A stretch of 64,000 nucleotides of DNA from Patescibacteria group bacterium. GTDB lineage: Bacteria > Patescibacteriota > Minisyncoccia > Phycocordibacterales > DATDWN01. Positions 47,042-56,468 of this stretch are shown here, piece by piece. The notes below the pieces were generated by a model. The model was given only the letters and a program-made list of their open reading frames with translations. It did no database searches and was not told the origin of the DNA. The stretch is taken from NCBI GenBank assembly GCA_040384485.1, contig JAZKJH010000003.1, positions 144,979-208,978 of the forward strand. Direction: 5' to 3'. The translations under genes were made by a program, and so were the position numbers. Positions within the stretch are counted from its first letter, which is position 1, and every line of letters begins with the position of its first letter.

Positions 47042-47422
47042 ATGGTGCTAACGCTGGTGATCGTGTTCGTAGTAGTGACGTTTATCCGCCTTGAAAACTA
47101 TTACTACAGGGTAGTATGTTCCAATAGGCTTCGAGAGTACAGTGTGAAGGAGTTAACTGGTAAAGACAACTCCACCACTGAAGAGATTCTTTCGTCAGTC
47201 AAGACAAAAGATTTGGCTTGTGAGAGGTCTATTGCGAAAGATATTGCTCTCATGTTTCAAAAACATGCAGGAGTTTCTGTCCGTTCAATGGTTAAAGACC
47301 GCAATGGCAATCCAGAAGTTTGTTTTGTTGCCAGATATGGAAAAATTATGACAGTCGACGAATGTAGTCATCCGTCATATCCATGGCAAGGTGACGAAAA
47401 GTTTGTTTGTCAGATGCACTGA
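47042..47422 (+). CDS. Orphan secreted or membrane-anchored Cys-containing protein
   Basis: SD GGAGG, N-terminal TM, terminator ACCCGCC...GGCGGGTTTTT after the stop. Confidence 0.65.
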   Translation: MVLTLVIVFVVVTFIRLENYYYRVVCSNRLREYSVKELTGKDNSTTEEILSSVKTKDLACERSIAKDIALMFQKHAGVSVRSMVKDRNGNPEVCFVARYGKIMTVDECSHPSYPWQGDEKFVCQMH

Positions 47423-47564
47423 AAGAAATAACCCGCCAGAATATCGGCGGGTTTTTATATTTACAAATTTATTTCTAACTTGTTCACAATTTTTATACTA
47501 AATAAACATTTTTTTTGATAGAATGTAGATAAACATTCGTAGTATTTCGAATAATTCTATTCTC

Positions 47565-49319
47565 ATGCACATCGAAGAATCACAATTAAAAGATTTTATA
47601 TTGGACTCCGGGCTTGTTTCTCGTGCTGATTTAGACGCAGCAACAAAAGAAGCAAAAGAAAGTGGTAAAACTCTTGGCAAGGTGTTGGTAGCAAACGGTA
47701 AGCTGACTGATGACGGGTTGCGTCGTATGCAAGCTTATACAATAGGCATTCCTTTTGTTGATATAAAGAACGAAAAAATTCCTTTTGAAGTTCTCTCACT
47801 TATTCCAGAGCCGATTGCACGAAACCATAATATTATTGCATTCAAAAAAACCGATACAGCACTCGAGGTAGCGATGTTAGACACAGAGGACCTTACAGCG
47901 ATTGATTTTATAAAAAAGAAAGTTGGGCTAAAAATACTCCCACGACTTACAGACAGTGAGTCCATGAAGGTGGCCATACTTCAGTATCAAAAAAGTTTGA
48001 AAGCTGAGTTCGGGGATTTGATTCAAGAAGATACAAAAGCATTGCAAAGTATCCCTGAAGATGGGAAGGAAGGGGACATTTCTGGAGATGATTTAAAAAA
48101 GCTGGCTGACGATGTTCCTGTTGTTCGTATCGTAGACACACTTTTGAAACATGCCATTTTGCAAAATGCATCTGACATCCACATTGAACCCCAAGAAAAA
48201 GAATTACTTGTTCGATATAGACTAGATGGAATGCTTCATGATGCCATGGTTCTTCCAAAAAACATGGCTGCAAGTATCGTGGCTCGTATAAAAGTTTTAT
48301 CTAGCTTGAAGCTTGATGAAAAACGCCTTCCACAAGACGGACGTTTCAAAATAGATTCAAACGGAGAAAAAGTTTCTTTCCGTGTATCCACTCTTCCAAC
48401 TTATTATGGAGAAAAAATAGTTATGCGTCTTTTGCGAGAGAACGTTTCAGGGTTTACTCTCGAGCACCTGGGTTTTCATGGCGATGGACTAGAGAGAATC
48501 CACAAAGCAGTAAAGTCTACTACGGGGATGATACTTACTACTGGACCTACTGGTTCAGGTAAAACAACTACCTTGTATACTATTTTAGATATTCTAAACA
48601 CGCCAGATGTAAACATATCTACTATCGAGGATCCAATAGAATACCAGATGAAAAGAATAAATCAGACCCAAGTTCGACCTGAGATTGGTTTCACTTTTTC
48701 TTCTGGACTTCGAACTCTAGTTCGACAAGACCCGGATGTGATAATGGTGGGGGAGATTCGAGACGGTGAGACCGCGTCACTTGCCATCAACGCTTCTCTT
48801 ACCGGGCACGTCGTGCTTTCTACTCTCCACACCAACTCTGCTGCGGGAGCTATTCCTAGACTTATTGATATGAAAGTAGAACCTTTTTTGTTGGTGTCTA
48901 CTATAAACGTAATAATCGGACAGAGACTTGTTAGAAAACTAAATGATCAAAAAGAAAAGTATTTTCTAACAAAGGCTGAAGTTGAGACTTTGGGTAAGTC
49001 AGTTAACCTAGAGAAGGTTCTGTCTGCATTAAAAGAAGAAAAAGTGGTGGGTAAAAGCGATAAGTGGGAAGAAGTTCCTTTTTGGAGACTAAAAAAAGAC
49101 GTAGCTGATGAACAGGGTTTTGCTGGACGAGTCGGCATTCACGAGATTCTTAAAGTAACCCCGACTATAAAAGAAGTTATTCTAAAGTCGGGAACAACAG
49201 ATGAAATACAAAAACAAGCTGAAGCAGAGGGAATGCTAACGATGATCGAGGACGGGATTTTCAAGGCGGTTCTCGGAGTGACCACCATAGAGGAGGTGTT
49301 AAGAGTGGTGTCTGAATAA
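47565..49319 (+). CDS. pilB: Type IV pilus assembly ATPase (PilB/GspE)
   Basis: ASDIHIEP, PQDGR, GPTGSGKTTTLY, EDPIEY, RQDPDVIMVGEIRD, STLHTN. Confidence 0.93.
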   Translation: MHIEESQLKDFILDSGLVSRADLDAATKEAKESGKTLGKVLVANGKLTDDGLRRMQAYTIGIPFVDIKNEKIPFEVLSLIPEPIARNHNIIAFKKTDTALEVAMLDTEDLTAIDFIKKKVGLKILPRLTDSESMKVAILQYQKSLKAEFGDLIQEDTKALQSIPEDGKEGDISGDDLKKLADDVPVVRIVDTLLKHAILQNASDIHIEPQEKELLVRYRLDGMLHDAMVLPKNMAASIVARIKVLSSLKLDEKRLPQDGRFKIDSNGEKVSFRVSTLPTYYGEKIVMRLLRENVSGFTLEHLGFHGDGLERIHKAVKSTTGMILTTGPTGSGKTTTLYTILDILNTPDVNISTIEDPIEYQMKRINQTQVRPEIGFTFSSGLRTLVRQDPDVIMVGEIRDGETASLAINASLTGHVVLSTLHTNSAAGAIPRLIDMKVEPFLLVSTINVIIGQRLVRKLNDQKEKYFLTKAEVETLGKSVNLEKVLSALKEEKVVGKSDKWEEVPFWRLKKDVADEQGFAGRVGIHEILKVTPTIKEVILKSGTTDEIQKQAEAEGMLTMIEDGIFKAVLGVTTIEEVLRVVSE

Positions 49320-49354
49320 TTCCCACTTCATTTTATATCTTAAATTTCTAATAC

Positions 49355-50572
49355 ATGCCTTTATTTCACTATCAACTAATCGATCAAAAAGGTATCCGTT
49401 CAGAGGGTACCATGGAAGCGAGTGATAAGTTTGCTTTGTATAACATTATAAAAAAGGACGGAATTACCATAATAGGAGCAGAAGAATTGATGCACAAAAG
49501 CACGATGGAGGTCTTGAATAATCTTCCTATTTTTAACAGTGTAAAACTTCACGACAAGATTTTGTTTGCTAGAAACCTTTCTAAGATGTTAGATGCAGGG
49601 CTACCGATGACTCGAGCCTTAGCTATCATGCAAAGGGAAGCAAAAGGCGAGCTGAAGAAAGTTCTGACGAAACTAGAGGATTCACTTTCTAAAGGAGTTA
49701 GCTTGAGTGAAGGTATGAAACAGCACCCAAAAGTTTTCTCAACCTTGTTTATTTCGATGGTAAAAGCAGGAGAGGAGTCAGGCAATCTCTCTATTTCTTT
49801 GCAAAACGTTTCCCTGCAGATGGAAAAAAGTTATCAATTAAACAAAAAAATCAAAGGAGCTCTGATGTATCCGGCAGTTATTATTTGTCTTATGGTGGCT
49901 ATCGGAGTACTTATGATGATATATATGGTTCCAACTCTTACCGCTACTTTTACCAGTCTAAAAGTTGAGCTTCCTTTGGCTACCAGACTGATTATAGGCA
50001 CAAGTAATTTTCTAGTTAATTATTCGTTGTTGGTTTTAGTGGGAGTTGTGGCCTTAGGCTTTTCAGTTATGTATTCCATACGAACCACAAAAGGCCAAAG
50101 GTTTATGGATTGGTTTTTGCTCAAACTTCCTATTGTGGGAGACATGGTGAAACAAATTAACTCCGCTAGAACCGGAAGAACAATGTCATCCCTGGTGTCA
50201 TCGGGAGTAGATATTGTGGTTGCACTAGGAGTTACAAAAGATGTTTTGCAAAACTCATATTACAAAGAAGTGTTGGGGGAGGTCCAAAACACTATTCAAA
50301 AAGGAGCAACTATTTCTTCCGTACTTTCAAAACACGGCAACTTGTACCCGGTGTTTGTATCTGAAATGGCAGCTGTAGGAGAGGAAACAGGAAAAATAGG
50401 TGACATGCTACTCAGCGTGGCTTTATTCTATGAAGAAGAAATAGATCAAAAGACAAAGGATATGTCTTCGGTTATAGAACCTTTCCTCATGGTATTTATA
50501 GGCCTTGCTGTAGGGTTCTTCGCCATATCTATTATTAGTCCTATATACTCTATAGGAGACTCTATTGGATAA
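49355..50572 (+). CDS. pilC: Type IV pilus platform protein (PilC/GspF)
   Basis: AGEESGNL, ALMYP, VGEETG, IEP. Confidence 0.93.
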   Translation: MPLFHYQLIDQKGIRSEGTMEASDKFALYNIIKKDGITIIGAEELMHKSTMEVLNNLPIFNSVKLHDKILFARNLSKMLDAGLPMTRALAIMQREAKGELKKVLTKLEDSLSKGVSLSEGMKQHPKVFSTLFISMVKAGEESGNLSISLQNVSLQMEKSYQLNKKIKGALMYPAVIICLMVAIGVLMMIYMVPTLTATFTSLKVELPLATRLIIGTSNFLVNYSLLVLVGVVALGFSVMYSIRTTKGQRFMDWFLLKLPIVGDMVKQINSARTGRTMSSLVSSGVDIVVALGVTKDVLQNSYYKEVLGEVQNTIQKGATISSVLSKHGNLYPVFVSEMAAVGEETGKIGDMLLSVALFYEEEIDQKTKDMSSVIEPFLMVFIGLAVGFFAISIISPIYSIGDSIG

Positions 50573-50573
50573 A

Positions 50574-51053
50574 ATGAAATACTTTATAAACAAAAAAGAA
50601 AAAACCTCTGGCTTCAGTCTCATGGAAGTTCTGGTAGTGCTGGGTGTTCTGGCACTAGTTGTCAGTATTGTTTTTTCCGGTTTCAATAGTTTCAGTAAAA
50701 CAAAATCAGTTGGAAGTGATGCTGAAACAATAGTAGAGATTCTTCGACAAGCTCGCAACGAAACCATAGCTTCTAAAAATTCGTCAGCATATGGAGTACA
50801 TTTTAGTGGTAACACCATGACTATTTTTGTCGGACCTACCTATAGTGCTGGAGCAGCAACAAATAGGGTAATAAGTTTGCCTTCCAACAACACCTCACTC
50901 ACACTTTCTCTTACTGGTGGAGTTTCGTATGTTCTGTTTGCAAAAATTTCTGGAGAAACAAATCAAAACGGAACGATCACAGTATCTTCTTCTGGTGTTA
51001 CTGGAACAAAAACTGTTACAATATACAAAACAGGAATTGTAGAGATGAATTAA
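50574..51053 (+). CDS. Type IV pilin-like protein (FimT/GspH-like)
   Basis: Class III signal peptide G|FSLME. Confidence 0.88.
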   Translation: MKYFINKKEKTSGFSLMEVLVVLGVLALVVSIVFSGFNSFSKTKSVGSDAETIVEILRQARNETIASKNSSAYGVHFSGNTMTIFVGPTYSAGAATNRVISLPSNNTSLTLSLTGGVSYVLFAKISGETNQNGTITVSSSGVTGTKTVTIYKTGIVEMN

Positions 51054-51059
51054 TTTTTT

Positions 51060-51524
51060 ATGATAAATAAAAAAGCAGGTCTAGCACTTGCAGAAATAAT
51101 TATCGGAGCCTCTATTATGTCGATAGCAATACTCGCAGTTAGTTCTGTGTATGCTAGGTATGTTGATTATGCCTTATCCAACGATGAGAATGTCGTGGCT
51201 TCGTATGTACTGGAGGAGGGGGTGGAGGTTATGACTTTTTTTAGGGATGTTAGCTGGTTAAATATTGGGAACCTTAGTACAACTACAACATACTATCTGA
51301 CCTTTTCTGGAAATTCTTGGGCTACCAGTACAACTCCACAATATGTAGATGGAAAAATTTTGAGGAGAGTTAACTTGGAAGATGTTAGGAGAGATATTAA
51401 TGATGATATTGCCGTCGCTGGAACCGTTGACTCTAATATCAAAAAAATCACAGTCACGGTGGAGTACTTTCAGGGGCATGCCACAACAACCAAATCACTT
51501 TCAACTTATTTAACAAATATATAA
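51060..51524 (+). CDS. Minor pilin (PilV-like)
   Basis: G|LALAE; EEGVE; C-terminal KKITVTV. Confidence 0.85.
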   Translation: MINKKAGLALAEIIIGASIMSIAILAVSSVYARYVDYALSNDENVVASYVLEEGVEVMTFFRDVSWLNIGNLSTTTTYYLTFSGNSWATSTTPQYVDGKILRRVNLEDVRRDINDDIAVAGTVDSNIKKITVTVEYFQGHATTTKSLSTYLTNI

Positions 51525-51525
51525 T

Positions 51526-52029
51526 ATGTTAAAAAACTCTAAAACAAGAGGGTATTCTTTGGTGGAGATGATCATATATGTCACTATCCTTTCGATTGTT
51601 TCTGTAGTTTTAGTTAACACACTACTTTCTTTTACAGGTTCATATAAACAACTACAAGCTTTGAGAGCGGTGGATCGTTCAGCGATGGATGTTATGGAAA
51701 AGTTTAGCAGGAGTATCAGAAGCAGTACCTCTATAGATATAGGAGGAAGTAGTTTTGGTGCCAACCCTGGTGTTTTGGTGCTAGTTGAAACGGATGGTTT
51801 GGTGTCCACTACTACTAGATTTTACCTGGAGAACCAAGTAGTAAAAATGGATGTGAACGGTGTTTATTATGGACCATTATCTCTTGGTGTTGCAGATGTA
51901 ACTAGTTTAGTGTTTAGAAAAACAGATAGCGATAGTACTAGCGCTATAAAAATAGAAATGACTGTATCGGCAAATATAGGTGGAGTAACAAAGCAGAAGA
52001 ACTTTTTTCTAACCACAGTTACAAAATAA
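51526..52029 (+). CDS. Minor pilin (PilW-like)
   Basis: G|YSLVE. Confidence 0.85.
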   Translation: MLKNSKTRGYSLVEMIIYVTILSIVSVVLVNTLLSFTGSYKQLQALRAVDRSAMDVMEKFSRSIRSSTSIDIGGSSFGANPGVLVLVETDGLVSTTTRFYLENQVVKMDVNGVYYGPLSLGVADVTSLVFRKTDSDSTSAIKIEMTVSANIGGVTKQKNFFLTTVTK

Positions 52030-52045
52030 ATTTTATATATTTATC

Positions 52046-53824
52046 ATGCAAACCAACCACAAAAAACAAAACAATAAAGGGGCAGCAATGCTTATTGTTG
52101 TTATGTTTTCACTCTTTGCTTCGATGACAGTTGTGATGGGGGTAGTGGTCCCAGTGTTAAAACAAGCTGCAGCTTCTAAAAACATTTTTCAATCAAAAGA
52201 GAGTTTCTATATGGCTAACAGTGCATTAGAAGATGCTGTATATAGAATACAAAACGGCATGGACATAGATTCGGGAGATATTTTGACTCTAAATGGACAT
52301 GACACAGTTATTTCTGTTACAGATACAATAAACGGAAAAATAATAGAAACAATCAGCGACAGGGACGGGATAGTGAGAAAAATGCAATCAGAAGTAACTC
52401 TGGGGGAAGGAGTAGCTTTTAACTACGGTATTCAAGTTGGCGAAGGAGGTTTTGAATTGTCAGGAGGCTCTAGAGTAAATGGAAACGTGTACTCAAATGG
52501 TAATATTCACGCTGTGAGTGGTGTGACTATAACTGGTTCAGCTATTGCGGGAAATGGTGCTGTTAGTGTGGTAGATGTTACAAATGATACACCCTTACCA
52601 CCAACAAATAATGTGACTTTTAGAAATGCTGCAGCAAGCCAGGACTTTGCACAGAGTTTTCAAGTAACACAAGCATTACCTATTAAAAAAATTAGTTTTT
52701 ATGTTAGACGAGTTGGAAGCCCGAGTGATGCTACTGTTAGAATAGTAAACGATTCAGGTGGGTCTCCAGGAACAACTAATCTGTTATCTAGCAACGGCAC
52801 ACTCTCCAGTTCACTTGTAACAACAAACTACGGTTGGGTGGATGTTGTTTTGCCAAGCAATCCCACTTTAACTCCAGGCACAACATACTGGCTAGTCATA
52901 GACAACAGTACTCAACACTCTAGTCGATACTACGAAATAGGTGGAAACACATCTTATGCTAGTGGTGTAGCAAAGGTTGGAGCTTACTCTGGTGTATGGA
53001 ATAACACTAGTCCGAGCGGTTTGGATGGATATTTTAAGATTTACCTTGGAGGGGAACCTTCTTATATAGGAGGGGATTCTTATGTTGGAGGTGTAAATAT
53101 AGGAGGAACAGCTCATGCAAATACTGTAAGAGGTGCATCAGTTACTGGAGCCTTGTACTGTCAGACAGGAGTTACAAATAACAAAGCATGCGACACTAGC
53201 TTGCCAGACCCGTCTCCACTTAACTACCCGGTATCTGAAGCAAACATAAATGACTGGAAGGCAGGGGCTGAGTCTGGAGGAGTTACAACCGGAAACGTAA
53301 CTATTGGATGGGCCGGAGGAAGTTTGGGCCCACGAAAAATAGTCGGAAACTTAACAGTAAACGGCGGTGGCGTACTGACATTAAATGGTAACTTGTGGGT
53401 AACTGGTACAGTTACAGTTAGTGGTGGAGGACAAATAAGACTTTCTTCTTCTTATGGTAGTAGTAGTGGAGTGATGGTTGCTGATGGAGCGGTAGTATTA
53501 AGTGGTGGAGGAGCCCTTGCGGGCTCTGGTCAAGCGGGAAGCTATCTCATGCTTCTAAGTACTTACGATAGTAGTTGTGTCGGGTCTGTCTGTTCTGGAG
53601 ACCCAGCTATCATTATTACTGGTGGAGCAGGTTCAGTAATTTTGAATGCGCCAAATGGAATACTAGAAATTAATGGAGCTGGAAGCGTAAAGTCAGCAAC
53701 AGCATACAAAATAGAAGCAAGTGGAGGAGCAACTATTACCTATGAGAGCGGTTTGGCGGATATGAATTTTAATAGTGGGCCTTCTGGAGGTTTTAGCATT
53801 TCCTCATGGGAGGAAATCGAATAA
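52046..53824 (+). CDS. Large PilX-like minor pilin/adhesin with Gly-rich beta-solenoid-like region
   Basis: G|AAML without E5, FYMANSALEDA, GxV/GxL repeats, C-terminal SWEE. Confidence 0.82.
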   Translation: MQTNHKKQNNKGAAMLIVVMFSLFASMTVVMGVVVPVLKQAAASKNIFQSKESFYMANSALEDAVYRIQNGMDIDSGDILTLNGHDTVISVTDTINGKIIETISDRDGIVRKMQSEVTLGEGVAFNYGIQVGEGGFELSGGSRVNGNVYSNGNIHAVSGVTITGSAIAGNGAVSVVDVTNDTPLPPTNNVTFRNAAASQDFAQSFQVTQALPIKKISFYVRRVGSPSDATVRIVNDSGGSPGTTNLLSSNGTLSSSLVTTNYGWVDVVLPSNPTLTPGTTYWLVIDNSTQHSSRYYEIGGNTSYASGVAKVGAYSGVWNNTSPSGLDGYFKIYLGGEPSYIGGDSYVGGVNIGGTAHANTVRGASVTGALYCQTGVTNNKACDTSLPDPSPLNYPVSEANINDWKAGAESGGVTTGNVTIGWAGGSLGPRKIVGNLTVNGGGVLTLNGNLWVTGTVTVSGGGQIRLSSSYGSSSGVMVADGAVVLSGGGALAGSGQAGSYLMLLSTYDSSCVGSVCSGDPAIIITGGAGSVILNAPNGILEINGAGSVKSATAYKIEASGGATITYESGLADMNFNSGPSGGFSISSWEEIE

Positions 53825-53925
53825 AATTACCTAATTTGCGTTGTTGCAGTTCAATTTTGCTCGCGCACCGTATTCTTATACGGCTTACTCTCAAAACATC
53901 CTGCGCCTAGCATCTCAGGCAATTT
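53824..53925. repeat. ERIC-like long hairpin element
   Basis: Nested inverted repeats TGCGTTG/GCCTAGCA, GCAG/CTGC, TTTTG/CAAAA and CCGTA/TACGG. Confidence 0.4.
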
Positions 53926-53943
53926 AATTGATTTCCCAAATTC

Positions 53944-54068
53944 AGACGAGAACCACTCATTGTTTTTGTTACTCGTTGAGAAAAGACTAGGTAGCGCGAC
54001 GGCGCGGACTCAAGGAAAATTTTAGCAAAAATTTATCCGTGTCTTTTTGAGACGATGTAACAAAAACA
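53944..54068. repeat. Structured intergenic repeat, copy B
   Basis: Core 53981-54048 matches copy A; flanks TGTTTTTGTTAC/GTAACAAAAACA. Confidence 0.85.
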
Positions 54069-54089
54069 GCTTTATGTTAAAATATTGAG

Positions 54090-54848
54090 ATGAAAAAACA
54101 GAAGAAACTCATAGTGGGAAACTGGAAAATGAACCCAGAAAGTTTGGACGACGCCAAGAAAATAGCTAGAGACATAAAGAGAGGGGTGGTGAATATTAAA
54201 AAAACAGATATTGTTCTTTGTCCTCCTTTTGTGTATATCCCAGCTTTGAGCGGTACTCCAAAATCTCCTATGTTTCTAGGTTCTCAGGATTGTCACTCAG
54301 AAGATAGAGGTCCATTTACTGGAGAGGTAAGCATAACTCAGTTGTATGAGTTCGGGGTCCGTTTTGTGATAGTTGGACACAGTGAAAGAAGAAAGATGGG
54401 GGAGAGTGAGGAAGTCATAAACAGAAAAATCCGAGCTGTAGTTATAGGAGGTATGACAGCTATTGTTTGTATTGGAGAGAATGAGAGAGATTCTCATGGA
54501 GACTACTATGAGGTCATAAAGAGTCAGATTCATTCTGCGCTAAAAGATGTTCCCAAAAAAATGCTAAGCAGTTTGGTTATTGCTTATGAACCAGTCTGGG
54601 CTATAGGCGCTAAAGAAGCTATGTCACCAAATGAGCTGCATGAGACTTCTATTTTTATAAAAAAAGTTTTGAGAGATAGTTTTGGGATAGCCAGTGATGG
54701 AATCAGAATTATATATGGAGGAGCTGTAGATAGAGTAAACGCGGACAGACTTATCAAAGATGGGGGAGTGAGTGGTTTTTTGGTTGGACGAGAGAGTTTG
54801 AAACCAAAGGATTTCATGGAGATAGTAAAATTAGCAGATTCTATTTAA
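54090..54848 (+). CDS. tpiA: Triosephosphate isomerase
   Basis: GNWKMN, GHSERR, AYEPVWAIG, YGGAV. Confidence 0.96.
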   Translation: MKKQKKLIVGNWKMNPESLDDAKKIARDIKRGVVNIKKTDIVLCPPFVYIPALSGTPKSPMFLGSQDCHSEDRGPFTGEVSITQLYEFGVRFVIVGHSERRKMGESEEVINRKIRAVVIGGMTAIVCIGENERDSHGDYYEVIKSQIHSALKDVPKKMLSSLVIAYEPVWAIGAKEAMSPNELHETSIFIKKVLRDSFGIASDGIRIIYGGAVDRVNADRLIKDGGVSGFLVGRESLKPKDFMEIVKLADSI

Positions 54849-54855
54849 TACCAGG

Positions 54856-56001
54856 ATGATCAAATATATAGATGAACTGAAAAAGGAAGATTTGGCAGGC
54901 AAAAGAGTGCTTCTTCGGCTCGACCTCAATGCACCTATTGTAGACGGGGAGATAAAAGACGTAAGTAGGTTGGAAAGTGTTATTCCTACAGTTGACTTTC
55001 TTCGAATAAACGACGCCAAGGTTATTATAATAGCTCACGCAGAAAACAAAGACGGAGAAAATGAAAGCCTAATACCAATACTGCACCACCTAAACGGATA
55101 TTTTAAAACAGAATTTTGTCCAACCTATTTCACTGGAGAGGCAATAGAAAAGGTTTTGAAGATGGAAGACAAAAGCGTTTTACTTTTTGAGAATGTTAGA
55201 ACAAATCCAGGAGAAAAGGAAAATGATCCGGATTTCGCACATAAGCTATCCCAAATGGCAGATATTTACGTAAACGATGCATTCAGTGTTAGTCACAGAA
55301 AGCACGCTTCGGTTGTTGGGGTTCCACAATATATTCCACACTATGGTGGTTTACATTTGAAGAGTGAGATAGAAAACTTGTCTAAGGCTTTTTCCCCAGA
55401 ACACCCATTTGTTTTCATACTGGGTGGTGCAAAATTTGAAACTAAGATACCTTTGGTGAAAAAGTATTTGAATAAGGCCGACACTATTTTTATAGGAGGT
55501 GCACTAGCAAACGACATTTATAAAGCAAAGGGTTTGGAAGTCGGGGGATCACTAGTGTCTAAAAGTAGTTTCGACGGAGAAGATTTGCTTAGTAGTAATA
55601 AAGTGTTGGTCCCAGTGGATGTTACTGTCGCTGACAAGGAAGGTGTCGTTTCTTTTAAGAAACCAGAGGAAGTAAATAAAAGTGATTGTATTGTTGACGC
55701 TGGACCTGAAACGCTAGAACAGCTAAAAGATGTTTTAAATGATGCGAAAACTATTATTTGGAATGGACCGCTGGGTAATTATGAAAAAGGCTTTTCCGAC
55801 AAAACAGAATCATTGGTAGAAATAATAGCTAGTCTGACTGAGGGAGGGGCATTAAGTGTCGTGGGAGGAGGAGATACAGTAGCTTCCATACAGAAAATGG
55901 ATATTGGTCATAAGTTTAGTTTTGTTTCTACTGGTGGAGGTGCGATGATGGATTACTTAGTCAACGAAACACTCCCTGGTATAGAAGCACTAGAAAAATA
56001 A
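54856..56001 (+). CDS. pgk: Phosphoglycerate kinase
   Basis: RLDLNAP, NDAF..SHRKHAS, GGAK, WNGPLG, GGGDT, STGGGA. Confidence 0.96.
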   Translation: MIKYIDELKKEDLAGKRVLLRLDLNAPIVDGEIKDVSRLESVIPTVDFLRINDAKVIIIAHAENKDGENESLIPILHHLNGYFKTEFCPTYFTGEAIEKVLKMEDKSVLLFENVRTNPGEKENDPDFAHKLSQMADIYVNDAFSVSHRKHASVVGVPQYIPHYGGLHLKSEIENLSKAFSPEHPFVFILGGAKFETKIPLVKKYLNKADTIFIGGALANDIYKAKGLEVGGSLVSKSSFDGEDLLSSNKVLVPVDVTVADKEGVVSFKKPEEVNKSDCIVDAGPETLEQLKDVLNDAKTIIWNGPLGNYEKGFSDKTESLVEIIASLTEGGALSVVGGGDTVASIQKMDIGHKFSFVSTGGGAMMDYLVNETLPGIEALEK

Positions 56002-56058
56002 TTCTACTCTGCGTTGACAAATTAGTTGAAAACCGTAGATTTATCGACGGAGGGTATT

Positions 56059-56454
56059 TTGAACATTGTTGATTTGGCAAAAAAAGTTTTAAGGAAAAAA
56101 TCTTGGACGAAAGCAGACCTAGCCAGGGCATGTGGTTTTCAGAACCAGATTCTTCAAGACATACTAGCGAAACCCCTCGAAGTAAAAAATCGTGACATTT
56201 TCTACAAACAAGTTGTTGGGCTAGCTCTTGAGGAAGGCTATGTGGAAGAAGTTTTGGAAGTCATGATTGAGCGAGGGCTAGTAGTGGAGAAATCCAGTGT
56301 GCTCCTGGCGTCAATCATGTTTCCGGATTTGTCAGCAGACGAGCTTCGAAAGATTCGTTTTGCGGAACAGATCTCCATAACAGGTCCGTTGGATGCAAAA
56401 TACATCCGCAATCTTGTTACAACATACAGAAAGGAAAACAAAAAAGCCCAATAG
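56059..56454 (+). CDS. Orphan HTH (Cro/XRE-like) protein (start revised to TTG 56059)
   Basis: TTGACA-16-TAGATT (56014-56041), SD GGAGG, WTKADLARACG HTH; hairpin AAAAAGCCCAA/TTGGGCTTTTT at the stop. Confidence 0.7.
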   Translation: MNIVDLAKKVLRKKSWTKADLARACGFQNQILQDILAKPLEVKNRDIFYKQVVGLALEEGYVEEVLEVMIERGLVVEKSSVLLASIMFPDLSADELRKIRFAEQISITGPLDAKYIRNLVTTYRKENKKAQ

Positions 56455-56468
56455 TTGGGCTTTTTCTT

